64,000 nt of DNA from Lama glama. Taxonomy: Eukaryota. Within the stretch, counting starts at the first letter, position 1. Every line of letters starts with the position of its first letter. Position numbers and translations under genes: made by a program. The DNA lies in NCBI GenBank assembly GCA_028534125.1, contig CM052816.1:12464001-12528000 (forward strand). The letters run 5' to 3'. Of this stretch, positions 36,986-49,899 are shown in pieces. Below the pieces are notes generated by a model. That model had not been told where the DNA came from. It ran no database searches and saw only the letters and a list, made by a program, of their open reading frames with translations.

Positions 36986-39334
36986 CCTCCAAGGCCTTTT
37001 CCACCAAAGGACAGTGTCTTTGCTTTACCCAGTCATCACTGTTGAAGTGAAAAGTAAACCAGGGTGAAGAATTTAAGAATCAATGTAGCAAAAGAGCCAA
37101 GGATTCATTTCTAATGCATTTTCCAGAAACAAGAGGAAGGTTTCATAGTTATGCATAAGTAGACTTGCGTGTAGTCATTCCAAGAGCAATCTGACCAGAG
37201 CAAGGGTGCTGAAGCCATATAGTGGAGCGCAGTCCTGTAAATTCCACCAAGGTATAGGAGCCAAGACGGGGTTCTGGTGAGGATTCTCTCTGCTGGCAGT
37301 GTGCAGAGCCAGTGATTGCTTACAAAGATTATTCAAATACCAGCCCTCCTGCTCCTGGCTTTGTGCCTGATCCTAGCTAGTCAATGTGCAGAAGAGCAAT
37401 GGTAAGAAAATGTAGCTGATATCTTAGTATCTTCCCTTAAACACACCTGATTGCTCAAGGGCCCACACTTTTACTTTATATTAAAACTGAATTTAATGAG
37501 TTTAAGCGATGAATTTCTAAAGAAACCCTAAGTGAAACTGTTTTCTGTCTTATCTATTCTAAGGTTTTCAACTCAAAATTTGGTTGGTGGAATAGGAAAA
37601 AAAGTTAAAGAGGACAACATTAGGAGAAACAGGGTGAAAAGTCTGGAGGCTCTGATATCCGTCCTACACATGGCATTTTTTCAGCTGCCCCCATCCCCTC
37701 CTATCAAAGGCATGAACTCCACAGTGAAATGCCTACTGGAAGGCCTTTGTTGGCTTTGCCAAAAGCCTTCCTTCTGTTTACTCACCAAACCATAAGGCCA
37801 AGGGAACCAAGTTCTGCCTTTCAAGATCAGCTAAAAATCTTATTTTTGTGCCCTGAATGAGACAATCAAATAGTGTTTGATGATAAAGAGCGATTCATCA
37901 CTTGGAAGTCGATCAGGAATAAGATCCTTTCAGCCTCCAAATCCTAGGAAGTATCAAGTTGCAGAACGACCTATGAGCTTCTCTGCCACATAACTGCACA
38001 GAGAGCTAGGTGGCAGGTGGAGGAAAGACCCTAGGAGAAGCCCGCATCGATCGGCACATTACTGGCTTAGCTGGAATCTCCCCTGTCTAAATCCTCTGTC
38101 TTTTTCTATTTCTAGGAGCTTTCACCCTCCATCCCCATCAGACCGGACATGCCCTCAATGGGTTGCTGCCGAATGAGTGTTGTTGGCCATGCTTTGTGAA
38201 ACAGGTGCATGCATGATTATTTGCACCAATGTGATGTATGTGTTATTATGAATTGAGATGAACCATAACTAGTGCATCTGGATCACAGGATAATAAGGAA
38301 GGGAAAAAGCTTGCCTTTTGACAACTAGGAGAGAAAACTGTCACTTATAAATGAAGATTTTTTTAGAACGGATCATTGGTAAGGCATTCAAAGGAGGTTC
38401 TACCGTAGAGTTGATTTTTAAATTCTCTCCTCAGTTCACGTCATTAATAACCATCTGACCTTTAAGGACTTTTTTTTTTTCTTCTTGGCATATTGTAACA
38501 AACCAATGTCCTTCCGTGACAATAAATTTGAGACAAAGTAAGGAGCTAACCAACTGTGTTTCATGACGGCGAAACATCAATCACTGCCTCTCAGCCACTG
38601 CTTAGGGCTAGAATAACCTTTGTCCAAAAGGAAACACTGTGTGCTTGGCGTGGGTTTCCTCTGATTAGCTTGCAATAGCTTTGGGAATTCTCAGTGTGCC
38701 TCCAAGTTATCTAAGTAATTCCTACTGTGGTCAGGCACGAGGGTTAGGAGAGGCACATCGTTGGATAATGCAAATAGCCTGATTCGTAGGCTACTTACAC
38801 CATTGTTCTGAGTAACCAGCTTGAGCGTTTCACCAGAATGAAACAGTGTCAACAATTTTCCTTCCTTTCAGCAAATCCGTCCTATAAATAGAGTCAAGAT
38901 CAGTGCTGTTTTCCATCCACTGCCTCAGAAACTCAAAATTGACTGGGGTTGCCAGTGGTGCCTAGTGCCACCATAGCTTCCAGGTGGTTACTGAGGGGAG
39001 ATAAGACTCACAGCCGGAGCAAAGGGCCCTATTGTCTTGGGTCTTTCCAGTCATTTTGCTGGAGATCCCCACTGGTCCCTCTGCCATCCCAATCAATGGC
39101 GTGAAAAAACAGCCGTGTGCCAACAAAAGCCCAACGAAACAGCGTCATCAGGGAAGCAGCCCCTACAGATGAGATGCTTGCTATAATACTTAGCCCTGGA
39201 GCGACAAGTTAAGAGCTCCTGGGGAGCTGTGAAAAGCAGAGGTTCTAAGCTCCCACCTTAGCAGGATGAGGCTTCGAGGGTGTTGCACAGAAAGGAAACT
39301 AACACAGGTGTCCAAAGACTAATCTTCAGGCACA

Positions 39335-39505
39335 ATGAAGGCTTATTTTGAGGAAATAATTACTGACAGGTCTCTATCTCCACTGAAGACAGAACTAGAG
39401 GAATGAGATTCACGCTGTGACAGCAGGGATTAAGGCATCCTGGAAAGTAATTTTCTAAACATCATAGGGTCCTAGCGAAGTCTTTTCAGCTCATGACATT
39501 CTCAT
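39335..39505 (+). mobile_element. L3/CR1 3' fragment
   Basis: tctctatctccactgaagacagaactagaggaatgagattcacgctgtgacagcagggattaagg. Confidence 0.55.
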
Positions 39506-39644
39506 TGGCCTGAACTCACCCCAATCTCCAGCAAAATGTGGTCTGTAGGAAACCACGCTTTAACTTTCTGTCCTGCGTTTTACAGAGGACGTACCAAAAC
39601 CAAATGGGTTTCATTTAACATGGAATATTGATTTCCAGAGGCAA

Positions 39645-39830
39645 TTACAATAAGATAGTTTAAACCTTGGCCTTGGAGTGAGAAAGTCCTAGGTTCAAAG
39701 CCTGACTTTGGTATTTTTATACTGGTAATCTTGGACAAATTACTTAACTTCAGTTTCTCCACAAGGAAATAATAGTGTCAAGTGGTTAAGAGGGCACCTG
39801 TTACCACACAGTATTGTTATTACCATTACT
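39645..39830 (+). mobile_element. MIR SINE
   Basis: ttggagtgagaaagtcctaggttcaaagcctgactttg..atcttggacaaattacttaacttcagtttctc. Confidence 0.75.
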
Positions 39831-41011
39831 GTACACTTCTGAACTCTACTCATGATACAAGAAAGATCTGGCTTAATTTGTTCCTGTCAGAGAATGGAAG
39901 CCAGGTGCCGGAATTCCCTGACAGTACTGTGTTCTGGCCAGCTCTGCATCTGCTGAAGCGGAGAGCAGTGCAGCCTTGAAATGCTCTGCATCCAGCTGTT
40001 TAGATGGGATGCGGGACCAGGAAGACATCCCTCCCTCTGTCTCGAGTGAAAGTTTCCCCACCAACAAAATGACTCCCAAGCAAATCTGTCACCTCTCTAG
40101 CATAGCCGGACTCATAATAGAACACTCCCAGTATGTCACGATGCCCAGTTCCCTGTTCTGGCCTCTCAACAAAAAATAAGGCTGAGGGGTCTGCCTACTC
40201 AGTTTTCCTCTGTAATTGTACATTTCTGCTTTTCTCTTTCCAAAGCATGTCCACATCTGCCAACTCAGATGTGTCACAGTCTTAGTATTCTTGTGACACA
40301 AATAGGGAACAAGAGACCATGCACAAATTATGGTTGAGGAATATCCCCCATTATCAGAACATACATCTTCTCCAACTTGACAGAGGGAAAGTATCGACTG
40401 AGTATGAAGGACAGCCAGAGAGCCGACCACCCAGTGTGGGGAAGGCAGGACCCAGCTGCGGGCACAGCACCCCTTCACTTCTTCTGACAGGTGATGGGAT
40501 TGTTACATTGAAAGTTTCCAAACTCTTTTTTCCATCCTCAAACTCTCTTTCCCCAGAAAGAAGTGTTGTTATTAAATGGATCCAGTAGAGCCTAAGACAT
40601 TTTTCAAGCTCTGTTTTTAAATGGTGCATGAGAGTGCCATCCATTAAAGACTGGGTTTTACTCTCTGCCCTTCCAGGGGACATCCCATGCAGTAAGGTCC
40701 TGGGGCGGAGCGGGGGTGCCCAAGGCCCACCTCCCAGCCCCAGCCCCAGCCTCAAACTCTGAGCTCACTGCACATGCACATGGTGGGGTAAGTGGACTCT
40801 GAGTTCACTCTACCAACTCAGAGTCAGTATGGGCTTTTAGGAAGCCTTAGGTACCCTCATTTCCAGAACTACAGCTTGTACCTCGGTACTCCTTACCAGA
40901 GAGTCCTGCATTAAGGGACTGGGGGAGGGAAGACTGAGCAATATGTGTGGGAGGTGGGCTGCATAATGGTCCCTCAAAGATGTCTATGTCCTATTAGAGA
41001 AAAAAAAAAAA

Positions 41012-41511
41012 NNNNNNNNNNNNNNNNNNNNNNNNNNNNNNNNNNNNNNNNNNNNNNNNNNNNNNNNNNNNNNNNNNNNNNNNNNNNNNNNNNNNNNNNN
41101 NNNNNNNNNNNNNNNNNNNNNNNNNNNNNNNNNNNNNNNNNNNNNNNNNNNNNNNNNNNNNNNNNNNNNNNNNNNNNNNNNNNNNNNNNNNNNNNNNNNN
41201 NNNNNNNNNNNNNNNNNNNNNNNNNNNNNNNNNNNNNNNNNNNNNNNNNNNNNNNNNNNNNNNNNNNNNNNNNNNNNNNNNNNNNNNNNNNNNNNNNNNN
41301 NNNNNNNNNNNNNNNNNNNNNNNNNNNNNNNNNNNNNNNNNNNNNNNNNNNNNNNNNNNNNNNNNNNNNNNNNNNNNNNNNNNNNNNNNNNNNNNNNNNN
41401 NNNNNNNNNNNNNNNNNNNNNNNNNNNNNNNNNNNNNNNNNNNNNNNNNNNNNNNNNNNNNNNNNNNNNNNNNNNNNNNNNNNNNNNNNNNNNNNNNNNN
41501 NNNNNNNNNNN
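41012..41511. other. Assembly gap (500 N), probably spurious
   Basis: 40872-41011 is identical to 41512-41651. Confidence 0.97.
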
Positions 41512-41633
41512 CAGCTTGTACCTCGGTACTCCTTACCAGAGAGTCCTGCATTAAGGGACTGGGGGAGGGAAGACTGAGCAATATGTGTGGGAGGTGGGCT
41601 GCATAATGGTCCCTCAAAGATGTCTATGTCCTA

Positions 41634-42159
41634 TTAGAGAAAAAAAAAAAACCAGATGACTGGATAAAGAAGCTGTTGTATATTTATACAATGGAATTTT
41701 GCTCAGCCATAAAAAAATAAAATAATGCCATTTGCAGCAACATGGATGAACCTGGAGATTGTCACTCTAAGTGAAGTAAGCCAGAAAGAAAGAAAAATAC
41801 CTTATGATACCACCTATATGTGAAATCTAAAAAAAAAAAAAAAAAGACACAAATTAATTTATTTACAGAACAGAAACAGACTCAGATATAGAAAACAAAC
41901 TTATGGTTCGGGGGGAAAGGAGGTGGGAAGGGATAAACTAGGAGTTTGAGATTTGCAGATACTGGCCACTATATGTAAAGCAGATAAACAACAAGTTTAT
42001 ACTGTATAGCACAGGGAGCTACATTCAATATCTTGTAGTGATCTAAAATCAAAAAGAATATGAAAATAAATATATGTATGTGTATGTATGACTGAAGCAT
42101 TGTGCTGCACACCAAAAACTGACCCAACATTGTAAACTGACGACACTTCAATGAAAAAA
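41634..42159 (+). mobile_element. Young 5'-truncated L1 with 18-bp TSD
   Basis: Perfect TSD aaagatgtctatgtccta (41616-41633 / 42160-42177); ORF2 end, complete 3' UTR, short polyA. Confidence 0.95.
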
Positions 42160-42208
42160 AAAGATGTCTATGTCCTAATTCCCAGAATCTATGAATATGT
42201 CACCTTAC

Positions 42209-42686
42209 ACCTTCCTTCCTAGGGCTCCTGTAACAGGTGACCAGAAACGGGGAACTTATTCTCCCAGTTCTGGAGGCCAGAAGCGAAAAACCAAGGTGTC
42301 AGTGGAGTGGTTTCTTTTCAGAGGCTTAGAGAGACAGTCTTTTCTGTGCTCCTCTCTTGGCTTGCAGAGGTTGCTGACGATACAGCCCTTGGCCTTCCTT
42401 GGCACGTAGACACATCACTCCAATCTCTGCCTCCGCTGTCACAGGGTGTTCTCCCTGCATGTCATTTCAGTCTCTGTGTCTTCACATGGTGTTCTGTTCT
42501 CAGTGTCTGTGTCCAAAACCTCCTTGTCATACAAAGGCAACAGTCACTGGGTTAGGGTCCACCCTTATCCAGCATGACCTCATTTTAACTTGTAAAGACC
42601 TTATTTCCAAATAAGGTCACATTCAGTGGTACCAGGGATTAGGACTTCAACGTATCTTTTTAAGAGACAGAATTTAACCCATAGTA
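42209..42686 (-). mobile_element. MaLR LTR (MLT1C-like) nested in the MLT1D-like LTR
   Basis: ttcctagggctcctgtaaca, cagttctggaggccagaag, catcactccaatctctgcctcc, tatttccaaataaggtcacattc. Confidence 0.88.
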
Positions 42687-43234
42687 TGCTGTAAAGACTT
42701 CAGATGTGAATAAGGATATTGAGATGGGCAGATTTTCCTGGGTTATGCAGGTGTGCCCAGCGTAATCATAAAAGTCCATAAAAAAGGAAGACAGGAGGGT
42801 CAGAGCTCAGAGAGGAGAAGGCTATTTGATCACAAAGGCAGAGATGAGAGTGATCGAGCCACAAGCCAAGGAATGCTGGCAGCCCCCAAAGCTGGAAGAG
42901 GCAAGGAAGGCCTCCCCTGAAGCCTCCAGAATGGACCTTGATTTTAACCCCTTAAGACTCTGTCAGACTCTGACCTCCAGAACTGTAATAGAATATATTT
43001 GCTTTGTTTTAAGCCACTGCACTGATGGTAATTTGCCACTGCAGGAATAGAAAATAAACATACCAGGTGATTTTAAAAATTAAATTTTATATTTTGTTTT
43101 CCATTAATACTTGGAGCTGTAGTTCCCTTAGCAAAGCAAAAATGAGTAATTGGTAAAATGTGAACACCAAAATTATGCCACTAACCTGTAACAACTTAGT
43201 TACACCACTCAGCTAAACCCTCTCAAGGGATTAT

Positions 43235-43400
43235 CTCATGAACTCTTCAAAACAACCTTTTGCAGTAGGTATGCTTGTAATTCCTAATAAAAAGCTGAGA
43301 AAATTGAGGTCAAGGAACATTAAGTAATTTGTAGCTAGTAATTAGTAGACTCGGACTTTGAACCCAGACCAATCTGACTCTTAAGACTTCTATTTTTCTT
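43235..43400 (-). mobile_element. MIR SINE
   Basis: atctcatgaactcttcaaaacaacc..tgagaaaattgagg..ggactttgaacccagaccaatctgactc. Confidence 0.75.
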
Positions 43401-43939
43401 CATCACGAAGCCCTAGTCTTCTCCCACCCATCTGCAGTCAGAAAGATGACCTCACTGAACACAGGACATAAAACTTGGTCTACAAACGCTGCAGAAGGGC
43501 CACACTTGTCATTTACGTTCATGCAAAAATGACCGCCACTCTTTACCTGGCCACCTAAGGGGAGGCAGCAAAACAGAGGCCAAGTATCCATCTTCCTGCC
43601 ACAAATGCCATTGTGAGATAATCAATCAGCGCAGCAAAGCCTCTTCCAAACACTCTGAAGAATGAATGGTGCCAGTATCCAACTGGCAGACGCGGAGTAA
43701 CAGCCTTGGGCACTGCACGTGCAGGAGATTCTGGCTTGTGCGCCAAGCTGACCAAAGTTTGGCTCTTCCGAAAACTGAATGAGAAGATCATCCTCTCGTC
43801 TCCCTTTCTGTGGGCTGCTTGTGAGACACTTGAAGGCTGTCCAGTACAGACCACAAGCTCTGTGAGGCCACCATGTCTGGTGTCTCACTTCTGCTCTCAG
43901 GACTAACATCATCCTTGGGCTAGAGGTGCTCCACAAACA

Positions 43940-44150
43940 CTTGAGCAATGAACAACAGAGGAGTCGGATACACTTGGATCCAGACCCCAGTTCTGTCACC
44001 TATCAGCTGTGTTAACTTGAGTTAATTCACTGCACCTCACTGAGCTTGTGTCCGCATCTGCAAGATACAGATGTAACTCTAGGCAGTGATGGCTCTGTTT
44101 TGTGGACTCCTGGAGAATTCAGCAAGATGTTCTGCACAGAAGTTCCTTCT
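43940..44150 (+). mobile_element. MIR SINE
   Basis: cccagttctgtcacctatcagctgtgttaacttgag..cacctcactgagcttgtgtccgcatctgcaagat. Confidence 0.75.
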
Positions 44151-44799
44151 TGGTAAGTGTCCATGACTGAGTCAGTATCTGAATGGATGGATAGATGGTA
44201 AAGATGAGCTAGACACATTTTTGCTGCCCCAAAGTAATGCTAATATTGCAAACATCCATCTCTCTGCAAAGTTCCCAGGAAGCCCCACTTTTTAATGTTG
44301 GTGGTGGGCTCAAGATGGCTAGAGATTCTTCAGGGTCCACCAGCTAGGTCTGAGTTCTAAGGAAACAAATGAGAAGTACGATTGGAATGACTTTACTTCC
44401 TCTCACACAGGATGCTTTGTGTGCCTGAGCTTCCGTCTGTCCGTTCTATGTGAGCTTCAGTCAAACATAAGAAGTATGCTCCTACGCCCCGAGGAATGAA
44501 GGAGACAAGGCTATTTGGCAGTATTTCCCTCTCTTCTGCGTGCACTCTCACTTCGTTTGTTATCAATATTGCTGCTAAGAATTCCACATGATTGGTGTAA
44601 TAGCCCCCCATCAAGACATGAAAATCAATGTGCAATTTGTAAGAGTTGAAGTGAACCCCACCCTCGGCGGGAGGGTGAGTGAGGTGTAGTGGTCAGAGCA
44701 GCCCTCAGGGTCCAGGCTGCCACCAGCTCCCTTGGTCAAGTCATTCTGCCTCTTTGAGCTTGAACTCCTTTGCCTTTAAGAGGAGGGAGTCACACTAGA

Positions 44800-45300
44800 T
44801 CTTGACCTCGGTCTACAAGATCTCAAGATAGGCCCCTACCTAGTGTTCCGAACTTTGGCCAACCTGTCTTCCCTTGTCTCTCTCTGCCCGAACCACACTG
44901 GTCCCTTCTCTGTTCCCAAACACGTAAAGCTTTTTTCACAGCTCATGGCCTTTGCAGCAGTTGCTCCCTCTGCCTGGAAAAACTCTCCCCTCAAATTTTC
45001 ACATCACTGGCTCCTTCTCCTCCACAGCTCTCAGATCAAATGCCTCCACCCAGAGAGGTCTTTTCCAACCATTCAAAACAAAGCCGTCACCCAATTACTA
45101 TTATATAATCTTGTTTTATTTTCTTTATAGTATTTATCAATATCCAATATTTTCTTGATATTTATTTATTTTTTTATTGCTTGCCTCCTTCCTTTAGACT
45201 GTAAGACCCACATAGGTGGGGACCTTATCTGCCTTGCCCATCACTGAATCCTCAGCACCTAAAACAGCGCCTGGCACATAGAGGGTGCTGCATGAATGAT
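44800..45300 (+). mobile_element. L2 (L2a-like) 3' region
   Basis: ggcctttgcagcagttgctccctctgcctggaa..tagactgtaagaccca..cagcacctaaaacagcgcctggcacatag. Confidence 0.88.
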
Positions 45301-47144
45301 TCCTAAGGTTCCCGCTGGTGTAATGCTGCTATTCATTAGATCATTAAAATCTACTGCTGTTCACCCCACATTTCTGTTCCCTGTAGTAAAACCAGTCAAG
45401 CACACTGATGTGCTACACAAGGGTTCGTGTGGTGGGAGGTTCCCTGCAGCTGTGTCCTGGACAAGACATACTGAGACCGGGACTGTGCTTTGGAATGCCA
45501 CCTGATGGGCTGCTAGAGAGTTCTACCCCGGTCACCTCCTTCCTCCCTCTCAGGCTCTGGATCCCTTCCTTGTTCCAAATCAGTAAGGATATCACACCTA
45601 CTGAGTCCAATGTGTAAGCATCTCTCAAGAAGCTCCCCCCTCCCACACACACACAACTGCTCTCCCTTCTTCACCACAGGCACACCTACCCCTCAAGAAT
45701 TCTATCTCGATTTAGCCAAACTGTCTTTCCCTGCTTGAAACAGGAGCTGAAATTCTTCTTGTTAAAAGCCAAGGGTGAAATTGTATCATGCGCAGAATAG
45801 AATCACAGTATTTAAAAAATAAAAATACCAAAAGTAAAGAGACACTGAGGTCACAGCTGGGTCTCTTTTATGACTCTGGTTTTATGAATGGGGAAAATGG
45901 GAGCAGCACAAGGGACAGGAAAGGATTTAGACTCAGATTTACAAACCCTCAAAGGAGAAGTTCCAGCACCCCAGACTCCTTAGTTCGCATCTCTGCTATC
46001 AGAGATAGAATCAACCTGACATCTTTCCTCGTGTGGAAATTTAGAAAATACGCAAATGCAGTAAAATTGCTGGTGCTCGAAGAAAGGCAGAGGATGAGAA
46101 CACAAAATGAGTGTAAGAATGTTGTAATAATTGCTGCTGTATTCACGGGAAACTCATTTCTATGCATGAGACGCTGTTTGTCCATCTGATTTATCAATCG
46201 GACTAGTGAAGATTCATGGACTGGACTGGTTATCAATGAAGCATATTTTCAACATTTCAATAAGGTTTCCAGCTGAGGAAAGTGTCTGTATATTTTCATC
46301 ATCTATTCAAATGACTGCACTTCAACCCTGTAGCCTAGTAATTAATATGGCAACCCCCCAAAAGGTAAAACATGACCCCTTCGCTCACTGAAAATGAATT
46401 CTCTTTAGACATAATCAGTAAGAACAAATTACAAAAGCCAGAGAAACCTAGATACTGTCTATAAAAAAAAATTATGTTCTAATTTTGCACTAACATTAAA
46501 TTCTACCACAAAAGAAAATTCAGGAGAAAAAAACTTCCAGTTAATAGTGAGCTGCTTTTAACTCAAGAGAATGGAGAAAATAGCAATGACTTAGATCACT
46601 TGAGGGCACAACACAATTTTGTGTGAATCATCTTCTAAGTTAGATAACTCTGATAAGACAGTACATCCAGGTCGTGAGTGTCCCTAAGGCTCCATATGCA
46701 CAGAACTGGTATCGCTTTGATCTTTAGATGCCCCCCAGCGCCCGGCAGCACGCTCCGCACGTGGAGTTCGGTCAGCACTGCTTCCAGAGAACACACACCA
46801 GCGCCCCGCTCCCCTGCATTAGCAGACTTGCTGCTGTTTCTGTCTGGTACCTACAGGAGAGATGCTCATTGGGGACTTTAAAACCACAGGGACCAACTGA
46901 GAATCTCATGATTTCAGCAAGGATTTTTGAAAAAGTTATGGCGTATAGGATATAAATAGAAGGAATTACTGAACTATACAAACAAGCAAAAAAATACATG
47001 GTTTTTGTATTGCAGGCCTTTCCTGAATCTTGAAGAAATAAAAATATTCTGGGGAAAAAATAGTACCAATACATAGCTAAAACAGGGAAATCGGTACTGG
47101 AGTCTCTCCCTGGGGTGAATTTGTATAAATGTGTGCATGCGGGG

Positions 47145-47164
47145 TGTGTGTGTGTGTGTGTGTG
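47145..47164. repeat. (TG)10 microsatellite
   Basis: Perfect dinucleotide run. Confidence 0.95.
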
Positions 47165-48902
47165 ATATATTCAAAAGTATTCATACCAGGAGCTTATTTG
47201 TATTAACTTCTCTAAGCCTTTTTATAGAAATAAGCATTTTCACATCTAGTCAAGCTTCAAAACTTGTGAATACATTTTAAAAAAACCACTCGAGGTATAA
47301 GATAACTAATATTTTTAGAGCTCATGCTGAAAGGACTTAATGGGGAATTAGCCATGAAGTAAAGACAATGCTGGCTTCCTCCTAACAATCTGCGTGGTAC
47401 TCTGACTCTGGAGATTAGCATGAGCTCAAAATCATGTCAGGCTGAAATAAATCAGACTAGACAGAAACATAAGAAGACTGGGGAAAAACAGGATTTAATA
47501 GAAATGTTTAAAGTGTACTAACAGATGCAGGTAGCTCTTTTCTTTACAATCTGACATGTTGCCTCTATTCCAATATAAATATGGAAAATAGCAGTAAACA
47601 CATTACCTAATCTTTTGTGAGGCTATAAATTAGCAAAACACCTAGTCACTACCAGAAAATGAAAAGGTGAGCAAAATACAGTTGATGGGTTTTGCTGCGG
47701 GAATTCCACGCAGGCAGGACACCCCGTCAGTAAGTTCACCACGTAGCTCTTGGATTTGGGTATTAAGAGTACAAGATAATCAAAACCATGGTTCCATGGC
47801 TCAGCTATTTTGATTACTTTTTCATGAAACCAGCTCACCTACCCCAGTGATGCAACCACTTGCCAGAGTGAGCTCTGGGCTGCAAGGCCTCGTGTGACAC
47901 GCTCCATTCACACGGTCCTTTTACTTCTGTGAATTATCTCAAGGGGAATCTGAGACATGTTCTCCCTACTAGTATGGGGGTAGATTCCTTTTCATGGACT
48001 GTTTCGTCTGCGTCTCCATCATTTCCAGAATAATGCAAGACAAGTACTTCCGTAAAGAGAATCCAACAATGCTAAAAATAAAAGTGCGTAAATAATAGAG
48101 TACTTGACTGGAAGATGTTAGAAGTCAGTTTGCCTCTCAGAAACTGGAAAGCAGGCTGATGTTTCTCTGACACAGAGGATCATTGATCCACATGAAACCT
48201 ACCTTGAGCCTGTTTGAAAGGCAGAGCAATGGTTGGGTTTTTTGATTTGCAATGTTAGATTTGATCAGAAGACCAGATGTAGATCTGAGAAGTGACTAAG
48301 ATGTATTGTTTGGGCAATTCATCAGTAAACAATCTCAGAAAACCTCTGTGCTTAGCTCTTAAACTGAGCCTCTGAGCCCCAATTATCAACCCTGCACGGA
48401 AATATCAGTTAAGTTGTAATTTAGTCCACAAATAACCTCACTACATCTCTTCCAAATCAAGATCTACGTATGTCATCTGAGTTTTATTTAACTATTGAAA
48501 CACAAATGTGACTGGATGTAAAATCATACATTTTGGCCAAGGACCTCAGGGATAAGCATCTGACACCAAAATAAGGTACTGAATCAAACAGTGTGTTTTC
48601 AAAAGGTGTGGCTAAGACCAGCTTTATGACTCACTTTCATCAAGGGAACAATGGTGTTGGGAGCTGGAAAATAAAAAGAGGACTTGTAGAGGGATTTCTC
48701 GGATAAAGCTTCTGTCTTGGGGCCACCTCCTTTCCTTAAAGGTAAGGGAGGGGTAGGTAGGAGAGCTTCAAGGAAAACACCTAGAGAACTTAAAAAATCC
48801 CTGGAGTTTGAGAGGCAAAGTGGACGGGGGTCTGACTTCCCATGTCCTCCTCCTGTTTCCTTCCCCTCTTTCTCCCCTTCCCCTACCCCCAGAAATTTAG
48901 AA

Positions 48903-49105
48903 CAGGGATTGGCAACCTCTTTCTGCAAAGAGCGAGACTGTAAGTATTCTAGGCTTTGTGACCCATGTAATCTAGTCCCGTAGTAGTGCAAAAGCAACCA
49001 TAGGTTATACATAAAATGGATACGGCTGTGTTCTGATAAAACTTTATTTCAACAAAAAGGCAGCAGGCCAGGGCTGGCCCGCAGACCACAATTTAGCGGT
49101 GCCTG
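48903..49105 (+). mobile_element. MER58A hAT-Charlie element
   Basis: cagggattggcaacctctttctgcaaag..ggctgtgttctgataaaactttattt..cctg; TSD atttagaa/atctagag. Confidence 0.9.
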
Positions 49106-49712
49106 ATCTAGAGGCTGAAGGACATCTCAGGTGGCAGAGCCTGGAGAGTGGCTGCTGCACTGCAGTCAGTCTACTTGACCCCAGCTGTTACGCAAAGACG
49201 CTTGAGGGTTTCCCATCGTCCAGATTAGGACCATGTTAGGAAGAAAAAGCCAGCCTAGAACTGCTTGATTTCTTCCCAAATGGACCACCCAGGGAGATAC
49301 TGGGAAGGGAACTGCCAGAGTGGAAGGATGTAAGCAAGGAGTGGAAGGACTGAGCAGGGAGAGTGTGAGTGAGGTTCCCCCTGCAGCTAGCAGGGCTGCG
49401 GTGCAGGGGGGACGGCATGGTGACCCATTCAACCATTAAAATGCCCATGAGACTTTTACTGCCTCAGCATGCCTGAGAGGGCGACCGGGAGCTTTCCACA
49501 GGGAAGACCCTCTTTCAGTAAATAAATCTTAAACGAAGCTGGGAAAACAAAAATAAACTTGCTATTTGATTACATTCCATGTCATTTAGTTCCATATATC
49601 AGCTACAGAAACATCCCCTCCCCATCCTGTCCATGAAAAAGTAAACAGATATTTGAAACAACTCTCTGGGTTTTCAATCTAATTAAGTAACACTCCCACA
49701 CCCACTTTATGT

Positions 49713-49899
49713 CTGTGGTTCTCAAGCTTCAGCAAACATCAGAATCACCCGCGGGCTTCATAAAACACGGATTTCTGGGCTCCGCCCCCAGATATTCTGA
49801 TTCAGTAGGACCTTGGAGGGGCCTGAGAACGTGCATTTCTAAGGACTTCCCAGGCGATGCGGATGCTTCTGGCCCAGGACCGCACTTTGAGAATTGCTG
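49713..49899 (+). mobile_element. MER5A hAT-Charlie MITE
   Basis: gtggttctcaagctt..catcagaatcacc..ttctgattcagtagg..tgcatttctaa..cactttgagaa. Confidence 0.92.

Larger units (their letters stand above)
41586..43060 (+). mobile_element. MaLR solo LTR (MLT1D-like) interrupted twice
   Basis: cataatggtccctcaaagatgtctatgtccta|attcccagaatctatgaatatgtcaccttaca|..cagatgtgaataagg..gccacaagccaaggaatgctggcagcc..gttttaagccact. Confidence 0.88.

Noticed and set aside
38882..38891. MEF2-type CTAWWWWTAG sites (also 61251-61260)
   Set aside because: A few such sites are expected by chance in AT-rich DNA of this length
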